Shown here one piece after another: positions 1-12,613 of a stretch of 64,000 bases of DNA. The stretch comes from Ruditapes philippinarum (taxonomy: Eukaryota). The translations under genes were made by a program, and so were the position numbers. The stretch lies in contig NW_026867146.1 in assembly GCF_026571515.1 (NCBI RefSeq), forward strand, positions 1-64,000. Direction: 5' to 3'. Every line of letters starts with the position of its first letter. Positions within the stretch are counted from its first letter, which is position 1. The notes below the pieces were generated by a model. It did not search any database, had not been told where the DNA came from, and saw nothing but the letters and a program-made list of their open reading frames with translations.

Positions 1-758
1 GAAAAATGAAACAACATTGGAAAAGGTTATAAAGAAATTTTCTGAGCTCAAACTGAGATCTCCATTATTTGATTGGTCAGAAACAAGCTTAGAATGCATA
101 CTGACCAATGAAAATGTTGATATTTGAGACTGAACTCAGAAAAAGGTTTCACAACCTTGAGGTCTGAAATTATGAAACATGAGACACGAGCGAAACTATT
201 AAACATATCCCAAATAATAGGAAAAACATATCCCAAATAAACGATTTGATTTCTTCAAAAAATGTTCTGATATGCTTTAGTATATGTTCAAATGCAAGTT
301 GAAATGTCTTTTTAATTACCTATGTTGTTTGGGGTTTTTTGAGTAGAAACATTTAAATAAGGAGAAACGACAAACTGACCTTGTTTGTATTTAATAAACG
401 TTCTACAAATTCTTAGTTGTTACGACAACGTTTGAACAATACAGTACGGTGTTATTAAATGACGACCACATACAACAAAAAAAACTGTTGTATAAACCAG
501 CTCGGTATCCTTTTTGCCGCGAGTTAAAGGGACTTCATTGAGGTGTTTGTATTAATATGCTTTGAGAGATAACCTGGTAAGAAGAGATCACCTGTGAAGA
601 AATTCCACTTATTATTTGCTTGTTTGTTTTGTTTTATTTTTTGTTTTTTGTTTTTAATTGTTTTTTTTCTTTCTTTTTTTAATAAGAAATGGATACTTAC
701 AAAGCAGTAGCTACACATAATGCAATCTAAACAACGTGTACAAATATACGTCTCTTAC

Positions 759-1136
759 CTCATTCCAAGCTTCGTCATCAAGTTTGCCGTCTATAGTTAT
801 AGATTTCCCATTGAGATGATACGCTATATAGTTCCTAGGCAACCCAAAATCCCAGCATTCCGACGCCGACTTCAAACAAATATTCTTCTCACTATGCTTC
901 TCAACGTACCGATCAAGAAACAACTTCCCCACCGCAGATTTAATTGTCGCCTCGCTACATTCGGACTTTATGGCTTCCGCAACGGTCCCCGAAGAGGTTG
1001 TAACCGTGCTTGAACTAGTCCCGCGACCGGAAAAATAGCCAATTATTATCCCAATTGCGAACAAAACTAGAGTTACTACTGAACATATCGCTATTATTTT
1101 TCTAGTTTTAACATCCACAATAAAATAACCTGCCAT
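759..1136 (-). CDS. Gene A, exon 1 of a type II membrane CBM9-like (DOMON-superfamily) protein; exon 2 not in window (expected left of position 1)
   Basis: ATG at 1136 (MAGYFIVDVKTRK), TM helix IIAICSVVTLVLFAIGIIIGYFSG, then ECWDFGLPRNYIAYHLNGKSITIDGKLDDEAWNE. GAG|GTAAGA donor at 758, the same phase-0 position as in the six paralogues. Confidence 0.85.
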
Positions 1137-2067
1137 TTTGAATGTTTGAAAAAAAACACACAGTGTGAAGACGTTCACATTAAATCTAGTTACGCAAACA
1201 AATTTTACGGATGCAATCGTAACCTATTAAGGTTACGATTGTTTTTATAAATTTACATCAGGTTATTCGACGACAAGTTATTCATTAAGGATACACCATA
1301 ATAATGTTTAGTTACGCTGTATTGTTTCGCATGCATGCATAATTTATACCATTCACAAAAAAATGCAATTTAACCGGCTGTGAGTTTACATTATGATAGC
1401 CTGAGGCTATGATTCGCTTGAATGAATATACGTATCATCTGTATTCTGTTTAATATATTAAATAATAACTGTTTCGTAACAGTCATGGTTATACTTCACT
1501 GGACTAGCTTCCCCCTTTTGAATTTTGTACTGTCAATTGTGAACTGAAGGGGAATAATTTAATTTCAAATTACAAAATCTGTCTTGCCAAATAACGCGCG
1601 CGTTCAGGCTGGAATGACTCTGTTTAGGTGATAAAAGGTAAGTAAAAGTCACCTTTACAGAGTTAGCAGACGATACCGTTATGTGCCGTTTTTGTTGTTG
1701 TTTTTGTTGTTGGCGACAAACTGCTTTCGTCTACAATATAAATGAAATATTGCAAAAAATTACCGAATTAAATGTATTATTGCGCAGTAAACAATAAGTT
1801 CAATTCACTGTCATAATTTTTTTATATAATGAACGATGCACGTTTAATTTTTACTAAACATGTATGTGGTAAAGTTTGCTGAAATAATTAAAGCTGCATT
1901 CCACCAGATGAGGCAAAATATTTCCAGAATAACAAATTTGAGAAATATGTACTCCAATTTTAAGAAAAAAAAAAGTCAAGATAAAAGTAATAATTTATGA
2001 CCGATTTTACAGTATTTCACAGAAAATAATTTTGATCTTGCTGTAAATGAATGTGCCTTTAAAAGTT

Positions 2068-5000
2068 TTACAAGAACGTTACGTATCTGTCAGACCGGAT
2101 AAATGCCGTCGTATTTGATAAAAGCAATGAGAGAACAGTTATATTAAAGTTTGCATTATCTTTGCTATTTGAAACATCTAGTTTTGGTATTTCTACGCAA
2201 GTTCGCGTCATGAGATATGGCGGGATATCAAGTTCTCTTATGTCGTCTGTATAAAAACCGTTCAGAGCTCTGTATTGTTTCATGGCATTGAGTGAATCAA
2301 ACAAGGCTTTATAAATATGCCATCTTTCAAACGTAAATTTCCTATCTGTGAACGTCCTTTTAAACTGAACGTGGCCCCATCGGTCTTGTAAATGACCGTG
2401 AAGGGTATAGCATGGTTGCCAGACCCACCATAGTGACGTTGCATTTGGGTCCTTTTCATATTCTCCATTTTTATCGACTCTTAAATATTGTTGTGGCCTG
2501 GCAAACTGCGAGAACCACACCTCGTTATTAAATGGGTACGGCTGTTCGCGGCGGGAATTTTCAGCCAGTTTTGTGAAAGGAAGCATTATCTCTAGCGACC
2601 AATACTTATCTCTGTCAGTAGGATCATTGACCGTTCCTTCCGTATAAATGGCCCTCTCTACACCAGAATCCCATTTCATATCATGCACCTTTTTACCGGC
2701 GGCATCCCAGTATGATTTGTACATAAGCAGATCCATAGCAACGCCTCGAGCATTGAGCTCCACTTGTTCATAATTAAACAATGTGCCATCTACATCAAGT
2801 AAAAGATCAAATCCATTTTCTGTCCATATTTTTGAGTCATGGGCTGAAAATTTCGCCCAGATATCATTTTCTTGGAGGTATACTCCAATATAAAGATTGA
2901 CATCGTCCCATCTGATTTTGAACTTTGTGACGTAATGAGGTTTTGGATATACCTTACTGCGCAGGTCAAGAAATGTTTCACTCCATGGAACCTAGTGAGT
3001 AAACAAAACATAAAGTTCATTAAGGACATGTTTTGCTAGCACAATTCATACTTACATGGAAACACAATTAAAAAAATGGGGAAAATGTTTGTGTGTTTGG
3101 GTTAGTTTGTTTAGGTTTGTTTCTCTCTTTCTTTTTTTCTTCATATTAGTCTTTTGCTAGCACATGTTATACTTACATGGAAACACAATTAAAAAAATGG
3201 GGGAAATGTGTGTGTCTTTGAGTTAGTTTGTTGTGGTTTGTTTGTTTGTATCTTTCTTTTTTTTCTTCATTTTAGTCCCTTGTCATATCTTGGCGGTCAT
3301 TGCAATTAACCGGTTTTCCTGGATATCTAACACAGTAATTTTCAATTTCTGCGTAATTCACCGACTACTGAATCCCACGCTATTTTTGAATCGGCGATAA
3401 GAGGAAAATACCTCGAAATGAATTTCAAAGAAAACTAGGCGGTATACAAAATAATTAATTGAAACACAAACTTCATTTCTGATTTGTATCGTAGCTGATA
3501 TTTGCCATGTCTTATTTTCGCGCAGCGAAGCGAATATACGAGATGACACAAATCATCTACAGCACGTTATGATACAAAAATAATCAAAATTTTGTCATAT
3601 ATCTATGACTTCAAAGCCATTAAAAAGTAACAGATATGTACAATGATTTTGGTTAACATCATATGTGTACAGTTATAACTGATAAAAAAGAACGTGCACA
3701 ATGTCTTCAAGGAAAGGATGCTGTTTAATTAAAATTAATTTTTTTCTTGCTACTACCTTTGAGATTTATTTTATATGTTTGGCTAATGAAAAGTATTCTT
3801 AATATTTCCTCGTATTAAGAACAAAACGATCTAATGATATAATCATGTTTTTTCATATGTGTATAAAATTCTCAAAACATAATTATGTTAATATATAAAT
3901 AACACATGGGTTTGTGGGTAACAGTAAAAATATCATCCCGAGGAAAATACTGTTACCCGAGGCGTAGCCGAGTGTAACAGTATTTTTACGAGGAATGATA
4001 TTTTTACTGTTACCCACAAACCCATGTGTTATTTATTTTATTACCCCGAACAAAAATACTGTGATGATCTGAAATAAAAAAAAATATTGTCAACTAAATC
4101 TAACTGTAACAAAAATAAACCAAGAGTAACAATAACTAAACTGTCCTTACCTTTTAAGTTTTAAGTGAACTTTAGGCCTACTTGAGAAGTTTTCTTTTTC
4201 TTTTATTCTTTAAGCAAGTGATGATATATACAAATCATAAACATACAATAAGCTAGGTTTTATTTAGAAAACAAAACACTAACCCATTTACACGGTTATG
4301 ATCTGTGAAATCTTATCCTTCTGTTTCTAGAATATTCTTAGCATGGTTTTTGACAAAATATCGATGATATCCTATGTCTGTCCACCATATCTGTAACATT
4401 TCACTGATTAGAATTGTTAAAACTTAAATAATCCTTTGTTGCATGCTTAAATCGTCTGCATTTATTTATTTATTTATTTATTAGTTACACTTGTATTTTT
4501 TGGATTNNNNNNNNNNNNNNNNNNNNNNNNNNNNNNNNNNNNNNNNNNNNNNNNNNNNNNNNNNNNNNNNNNNNNNNNNNNNNNNNNNNNNNNNNNNNNN
4601 NNNNNNNNNNNNNNNNNNNNNNNNNNNNNNNNNNNNNNNNNNNNNNNNNNNNNNTTATTATTATTTTCTTTTTTGTAAAATTAACTTTTAGTACATAATC
4701 AAAACCTTTACCTACCTCTTTCCATGCTTCTTCGTCAAGTTTTCCATCTAGCAAGATTGTTTTTTCGTTCAAATGATACGCAATATAATGCCTTGGTAGT
4801 TCGTAGTTCCAACAATCCGACTCGCGTTTTAGACATGTAAACTTTCCGCTATTTGTTTCCTCATATCGCTTAATATACAGTCGGGTAATGTTGGAGTAGG
4901 AAAACGACTCTCGGCATAGCGGTCCGATTACTTCCGCTTTTGTGGTCTTCGAACTGCGGTTACCATCCAATGCTTGCCGGTGACCAGATACATATCCTAT

Positions 5001-5102
5001 AACGATTCCTAACACAAATGCAACAACAGCTGCCACTGTACAAAGAGCTAAGATTTTCCGAGTTTTGTTGTCAACAATAAAATAAGTAAATGGCCCCGCC
5101 AT
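2068..5102 (-). CDS. Gene B, two-exon type II membrane CBM9-like protein, 436 aa (exon 1 5102..4716, exon 2 2991..2068)
   Basis: Exon 1 MAGPFTYFIVD...DGKLDEEAWKE with donor GAG|GTAGGT. Acceptor CTAG|GTT at 2991 opens VPWSETFLDLRSKVYPKPHYVTKFKIRWDD...IRSDRYVTFL*, in frame with ORF 2068..2781. The intron contains an N gap, so exon pairing is likely but unproven. Confidence 0.85.
3031..3275. repeat. Local tandem duplication (~121-bp unit x2) in gene B intron
   Basis: ttttgctagcaca..atacttacatggaaacacaattaaaaaa..gggg..gttagtttgtt starts at 3031 and again at 3152. Confidence 0.8.
3889..4043. mobile_element. Palindromic end of a Crypton-like non-autonomous element
   Basis: ~65-bp arms (aaataacacatgggtttgtgggtaacagtaaaaatatcat / atgatatttttactgttacccacaaacccatgtgttattt) around a cgaggcgtagccgag core; same architecture as the elements at 45.4 kb and 62.1 kb. 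Confidence 0.55.
4507..4654. other. Assembly gap (148 N)
   Basis: Run of n characters. Confidence 1.
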
Positions 5103-6397
5103 CTATCTTTACACTCACTGAAAATCGACCTCTCTAACTTGATATTTAGAGAAAACGTTTAAAAGAATGAAACATAATTAACCTTGACATTAATACTTGT
5201 CATTTGTTAATTACTTAGACGATACTGCATTTCTCAAGGTAATATATTAAGATGGTATATAATTTGAGATTTGTTTCAATGATTAAATACTGTTACTACA
5301 AAACAAATGTCTTATTTCGGTTTTATAACTTTTATTTGCCTCACAGGATGAACGAAAATAAATGGTAAGTACATGATAACTTATGGAAATGTGTACGCAG
5401 CTTAAATCACGAACCTGTTGAGGATGTTAAAGTTACATGCAATGAGCCTACCAATGTGATATTTTTGGTATCATATCAACTTGCTGTTTTGCTTCAATAA
5501 CCGGTAAATAGATGGCGTTTTTTGTTGGTTTGTTTGTTGTTGTTTTTGTTTGTTTGTTTGTTGCTTTTTTGTTGTTTGTTTGGGTTTTTTCTTTGTTTTT
5601 TTTCCAGACACATCGAGTCACTTGAGTTTCAACCAAATATATGTACACGTAGCTGAGCAATCGCATATTTTAGACACTTTCCGTAAAGCTGTCTATATAG
5701 TGGAACACCTCTGTTACAACCAAACACACCTCGGTTATTATTCATATTCACCTCGGACTTTATACGGATTGAAAGTTGTTCTATCACGTAATTTGACAAT
5801 ACCTCCTTGAACATCACATTCGTGGCAAGTTTGATAGAAAATATTCCCAATCTGTTTTTCAAGTTATGGATACAAAAAAGGAATTTCAAGGGACTACCAT
5901 GAGCGCGTTTGGATTCAGTCGCCAATTCGTCAGATTCTATAAACTTAAAACAATCTCTCTTTTTAGCGTGGCCATAATTTCGCGGAATCAGCATTTCGGA
6001 CTAATGCGCGCGAATTTCTACTTTTAGTGTAGCCGAAAGAAAAATAAAAAAGAATCATTTGCAACCGAAAGCAATGTCATTATCTTCGAAGAAAGATGAC
6101 AAATTATGACTTTCTGGGTCATTTGACAGCTCGTCTAAATTCATAACTCTCGGAAAGTAGCGAAAAGCGGCGAAATCTGCCGATATCTTACGAACATGTC
6201 CTAAATTACAAATCATCTTTACGTAATTCATTAAATTTGTTACAATTTCACATATCTCAAAAATTCAAATGAAGGGTAAAGATAAGAATAGCATTTCAAC
6301 CAAATCGATTACATGTAACATAGTGCTGTTATCACCCTTTAAATCTAGGTCACAACATTTTCTGCTTTGTATATGACGTGATAAAGCCTTAAAAACA

Positions 6398-9300
6398 ATG
6401 CCTAAACTTTTGCTGGTATTAATTATCATTTTATTATTTCGCGCTCGGTTAAAATGTTTTGCCGAAAAGATACTGGGCAGGGAAACGGATGATTTTGATT
6501 TTGACGGATTCCCCGGCGCGCAGCACGAGTTTAAATTTGAAATTGGTGGCGGGAAACAAGAATGCTTTTTCCAAAACTTAGCGGCTGGTGGGACACTACA
6601 TATATCATTCCAAGTAAGATTGTGTTATTTATTATTATTATTATTTCTCAATTTATATTTATATTTGGTGTCCTATTATAGTTTTCAACTATCATTTGCT
6701 ACTGCTACTTTTCGAACTAGTACAGTTATTGGTTTTTGTTGTTGTTGTTGTTGATGTTTTTTTAGATAAATTACTTCTGACGATCTCACGATATCCTACC
6801 TATATTAGCTATGTAAATCCATTTCTTCTATGAAAAACTTCCAAATTAATAATAATATATTTCTTAATTGTTTAACTTAACATTCAGGTTCTGCGTGGAG
6901 GAGATGGGAATATAATCTTCATGCTTATGAAGCCAGACAGAAACACATTTGACATTTTAAAATCAACGGATCCAAGTCCTAAAGGCTATTTAGAGTACGG
7001 ACCCGACACAGAAAGTGGTATGTCAATAACTTCCAAAGTCCTACATACTTTATGTTTAATGTTGAATTTATGTAAACATCTGTTTAGTTTTGAAATGACC
7101 ATTATTATTATTATTATTGTAAGAGGTTTGTAAATTCATTAAATCTTAAAATGGACAACTACCATTATACTGGAAGTTTTCTGACTACAAGGATGCTCAG
7201 GCCAGCCTGGCTTATCCATGCAGGTGTCAACATGTGCAAAATCCTATCGCAGTTAGAATTCACTATCACCGTTAGTATTCTCTTTCCCCATTTGTATTCA
7301 CTATGATGGTTAGCATTCATTATCGACATTTATATTCACTACTACCGTTAACTTTCTTTTTCACCATTAGCATTCACAAATGCCGTTTGTATTCACTATC
7401 GCTGTTAGCATTCACTTTCTCCATTTGTATTCACTTTCGCCGTTAGTATTCACTTTCTCCATTTGTATTCACTTTCGCCGTTAACATTCACTTTCTACAT
7501 TTCTATTCACTTTCGCCGTTAGCACTCACTTTCTACATTTGTATTCACTTTCGCCGTAAGTATTCACTTTCTACATTTGTATTCACTTTCGCCGTTAGTA
7601 TTCACTTTTCTCCATTTGTATTCACTTTCGCCTATTAACATTCACTTTCTTAATTTGTATTCACAATCGCCGTTAGCATTCACTTTCTACATTTGTATTC
7701 ACTTTCGCCGTTAGTATTCTACTTTCTACATTTGTATTCACTTTCGCCGTTAGCATTCACTTTCTCCATTTGTATTCACTTTCGCCGTTAGTATTCACTT
7801 TCTCCATTTGTATTCACTTTCGCCGTTAGCATTCACTTTCTACATTTGTATTCACTTTCGCCGTTAGCATTCAATTTCTACATTTGTATTCACTTTCGCC
7901 GTTAACATTCACTTTCTACATTTCTATTCACAATCGCCGTTAGCATTCACTTTCTACATTTGTATTTACTTTCGCCGTTAGTATTCACTTTCTACATTTC
8001 TATTCACTTTCGCCGTTAGCATTCACTTTCTCCATTTGTATTCACTTTCGCCGTTAGCATTCAATTTCTACATTTGTATTCACTTTTGCCGTTAACATTC
8101 ACTTTCTTCATTTGTATTCACAATCGCCGTTAGCATTCACTTTCTACATTTGTATTCACTTTCGCCGTTTACATTCACTTTTTACATTTGTATTCACTTT
8201 CGCCGTTAGCATTCACTTTCTACATATGTATTCACTTTCGCCGTTAACATTCACTTTCTACATTTGTATTCACTTTCGCCGTTAGTATTCACTTTCTACA
8301 TTTCTATTCACTTTCGCCGTTAGCATTCACTTTCTCCATTTGTATTCACTATCGCCGTTAGCATTCACTTTGTCCATTTGTATTCATTTTCGCCTATAAC
8401 ATTCACTTTCTATATTTGTATTCACTTTCGCCGTTAGTATTCACTTTCTACATTTCTATTCACTTTCGCCGTTAGCATTCAATTTCTACATTTGTATTGA
8501 CTTTCGCCGTTAGCATTCACTTTCTCCATTTGTATTCACTTTTGCCGTTAGCATTCACTTTCTACATTTGTATTCACTATAGCAATTATCATTCACACAC
8601 AGGTGTTGTGTCCAGATATCTTTGTATTGATACTTCTGCTTCTGTATACATATGGTCAGAAATTGAAAGATATAAAAAATGATTTAAAACATGTATGCAT
8701 TAAATATAATAAAAACAACATGCAACATGTATCTTTAACGCGTCACCTTTAAGAAATAATCGATTCCTTCGTCCAACTCAAGTTAAGAGACAACTTGAAT
8801 TAGAACACCACTTTTACTACCTCAGCCTAGTGGTCTCTTAAGACAGGCTTTACTGTTGTAGTCGGTCGGCTAAAGATTTGCGCATTTCCCTGTACGTATC
8901 AAAATGTTGGCTGACTGGCTTACTTTATTCAAACCGGTTTGTATTAAGATATTGTAATTATACATCAAACTTATCCAAATAGTCGAAAGATTGTGCAAAT
9001 ATACATAATAGCAGTGTTTGAAATGTTTTTGTGTTAACAGGATTTCAGTATTTCAAAATTTTCTCTGTTAAATCGCCTTACATTATAAAAAAGTGTTAAT
9101 AAAAGATATGTTCAAGCACTTATAAATTACTGCCTCGTTCTTGACCAATTTAATTTCATAAAAAACTTGCTAATGAACACAAACTTGTACTCAGACATGA
9201 ATTTGCTCATTTGACCTTTATTGTAAGCTATGTTTATGTTGTTTATTAACAGCTGATTATGCGATATGTGTTGACAACACTCAATCTCGTATGGCGTCAA

Positions 9301-10153
9301 AACTCGTGTACATATTTATAGTGACCCATTTAGAAGAGCACTATACTTGGTTCACGACAGAGAGGAAGGACATACGTGAAACAATGTCAAACGTCACGGT
9401 ACGAGAATTGTATCATTACGCTATATGTTTTACAACGTCGGAACATTATGTGTAGTAAAAGGTAGCAAAATTTAAACAAAGTAGTGTTTTGACTTCCATA
9501 CAAAATACTCATTCACACTTGTCTTCGCTGATCGCATTAAAAATCCTTAACGCCCGCACGATAAATTAAGTTCAGTTTTCCGTCCGACTTCTCGTGCGTT
9601 TGGCTCTTTGGCTCTTTACGTCGTTAACGTTGAAGACCTGTTTACAACACTCACTATAATTCCCACCAGTCTAAAATGAGATAGCCTGAATTGCTATTGT
9701 GAAATTGATAGTCCATTTTGACTTCCTTTAGCAGTTATTATTGTGTTCAAAGTTCAAACGCTTGAACGATATCTCTCACAATTTACAGAGATATAATTAA
9801 TCTAGTAAAGTAGTTTTTTTAAATTGCTACGATTATGAACTATTTAAATTATTTGTTACTATGTCAATGAAAAAAAAAAACTATGCAAAAACAGATGACA
9901 AAAAAAACTAACATTTTTTCACATTTTTCAGACATTAGTGCAAAAAGTTCAGGAATCCGTTTCAGCGACTGTCGCCCATCAAGTCGGAAGTAGAATGCAC
10001 GTGGTAAGAGACTGGTACCTGGCTATTGGGAACAACACGTACATTCAAAGATGGTCTATATGTCAATGTGTCGTAGTGCTAATAAGCTCAGCCTGTCAGG
10101 TGTTCTTTGTTCGGAGACTTTTTAGAAATTATAACACTAAGACACACCCATAG
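6398..10153 (+). CDS. TMED: p24/TMED family GOLD-domain cargo receptor (gamma-subfamily-like), 237 aa; exons 6398..6613, 6888..7017, 9253..9398, 9932..10153
   Basis: Signal peptide, GOLD motifs FKFEIGGGKQECFFQ and ADYAICVDNTQSRMASKLVYIFI, helical linker, RDWYLAIGNNTYIQRWSICQ, TM helix and QVFFVRRLF tail. All introns are GT-AG with compatible phases (0,1,0); 714 nt in total. The specific paralogue number is not assigned. Confidence 0.92.
7250..8595. repeat. Minisatellite, 38-bp unit made of two 19-bp subunits, in TMED intron 2
   Basis: About 30 copies of attcactttcgccgttagc+attcactttctacatttgt, degenerate at the edges. Confidence 0.95.
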
Positions 10154-12613
10154 CCAAGATCCATTCTCATTTAATTCTATTTAATGTGCATTTAGATAGT
10201 ATCCCTTTCTGTTCATTAGTGTTCTTATATATACATATGCAGTTATGATGGGGTTTATGTCGCATGGATGGATGGATGGATGGTTGGATGGGCCGTCCGC
10301 CCTTTCAGACTCTGACAGTACGAAACCCGATTATGTCACATCGATATACATGTTATGATTTAATATATAATTTAGTATCATGGTAATATGTCACAAATAC
10401 TTTTTCTTCCATTAAAATGCTAAACAAATAATACAATAATTTGAAAAGTTGCATAAATAAAGTATATTTACGCCACTATGCTCGTTACCAGTATGCCGTA
10501 TAGTAGACAAAAAGATATTGTCTCCGATTAAAGACCACTTGTAAAGAAATTCTTTTTTTTTTCATTTCCCCAGAGTGGCCATTAAATACAGGTTATTTTG
10601 TATTAACAAACATTTTATATACGTACATTTTATCAATAAGCGGTATAAATCATGCATATTAAAAGCTTTGCATACCATCAGTGTTGTCTCCCTTAACGTA
10701 GACAGAGTTCGTCAATTGTGAATATCTGTAATAGATGTGCAATTTGAAACTTCCATTGTTTTTATACGGACTTCAACATGAATCTAGTAGTATAAAGCCA
10801 TAAACAACCGGAAATCTTGTTAAATCAACGTGAATGCATATGAATGCCTGTATAATGATGGAATATAAAGTTTATATGTGGAGCAGACGATCAGAAATCA
10901 GTCAGTATATATATCACTACGCTCCAACAACTTCACTATGCTGGTGAGACATAACTCAACAAGAATTATCTTAGATAGACTCGAACCCGTTGCAGAATTT
11001 TCTGAGACATGGTCATTTTAGGAATATATTGCATCTTTGGAGTTTTGAAGAAAAAACATCGGCATTTAAAGGCACATAAAGCCCCAGAAAGGGCAAATAT
11101 TAATTTTATAGCGGTGATATAATGGTTTACAGAATGTGACATGCTTATCGCATAAAGCGCTGAATGAAAATGGTTTTGACATAAAAGAGGAAAAATTTAA
11201 CTTCCATACATACTACTTAATGAATATATAACTGTACTAATTGCAAACACAATGGCAGCAAAAGATGGGGCAGGACATTTGCACGAGTAACATTTGATAA
11301 ACTATACAAGGACACCAAAATTTAAAAGCTTTTCAGAAATATAAAATAATTCTTGGACATAATAGGCCTGACAAATATTTGACAAATACACATGTATCGC
11401 TTAAAACATTCTGACAATGTAAAAACGCCGTACTACTGACATTTTTTATAACTACATTTGGTATATATATAACCAAAGCGTAATAAAGGGGTCAGCTTGT
11501 TATGTAAATGGGGATAATTTGTACCAGGCAAAATTTTCAATATAAATATATCCGATAGGACCTACAGTGAAACTGCATGTACATGACAAAGATCTTTATA
11601 TTTACACTTTAAAGCCCATTAGGCAATTTCATTTACTAGTATCAAGAGCTGTTTCTCTTTGGCGTTTTGTAACAGTTTCGGAAATGGTACTAATTGTATA
11701 CATGACTGAGCTAACTTTTGATTTTCATCCATTAGTAAAGCTATAGCGATTTAGTATATTAAAGCGACACTAAGATTTTTTTGACATGACGTTAGTGAAA
11801 GTTATTTTTCGAGATTCATGATCCATTTGACGTATGTCTACACCAATAACTGGTGTGCAAAATTTACGTAATTTGTTTACCACCACGTTCTACCGGAATA
11901 ATTATTCTAATTGTGAAAAATGATTCATAATCGAAAAGCCTTGAAACGTTTTTCACTCAAATTGGTCTAAAAAGCGCATAATACACGATTTTGAATTTAC
12001 TCCTAAGTTTATTTCTTAGAAATTAATTTTGTTCATATGCACACTTTCTTTTTTATGTACTTCAGCTGATCTTTGTCTGAATTTTAAATTTCATGTTTTT
12101 AGAATTTTAAACCTCAGTGGAATTCCTTTAATGCAAATTTGTATTTTTTTTTTATTTTTTTTTATACTTTTAAGTAACATAACAAGATTTTACATTTGAC
12201 ATCGCTTATCTCGCGTTATACCATCAGGAATAGTCTTATTCCGTTATTAAAACATAAATATCCAGGCGAAATCGTGGCAATTTCCGATGCTTTACTTGCC
12301 TTTAAATATATAAAATATAGTTACTTATGTCTATATACATGTATTAATTATTATTTTGTGACCTCGTGCATTGTCCTCTAACTGTTCAGTAATTGTTCTT
12401 TCTTAATGGGTTCTAATTGAATAATACTCTTTGATAAACACATATTAAGTGCCTACGTTCTTATTAGTGCGAGTCAGCAGATCTGCCCACTTGCAAGTTA
12501 AGTGTCCATGTAAAGCTAGCTAATTATCAATATTTCGTATGGAAGAAGTAGGAGATTATTTTAATGCATAAGGTTATCCTTTTAAACGTGATTTATTGAA
12601 TATATAAAAGATC

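Noticed and set aside
4485-4715. C-terminal extension of ORF 4485..5102 and ORF 4491..4691
   Set aside because: Read-through into the intron and across the N gap.
7250-8595. CRISPR-like regular repeat
   Set aside because: No unique spacers and no cas genes; it lies in a eukaryotic intron and is a minisatellite.
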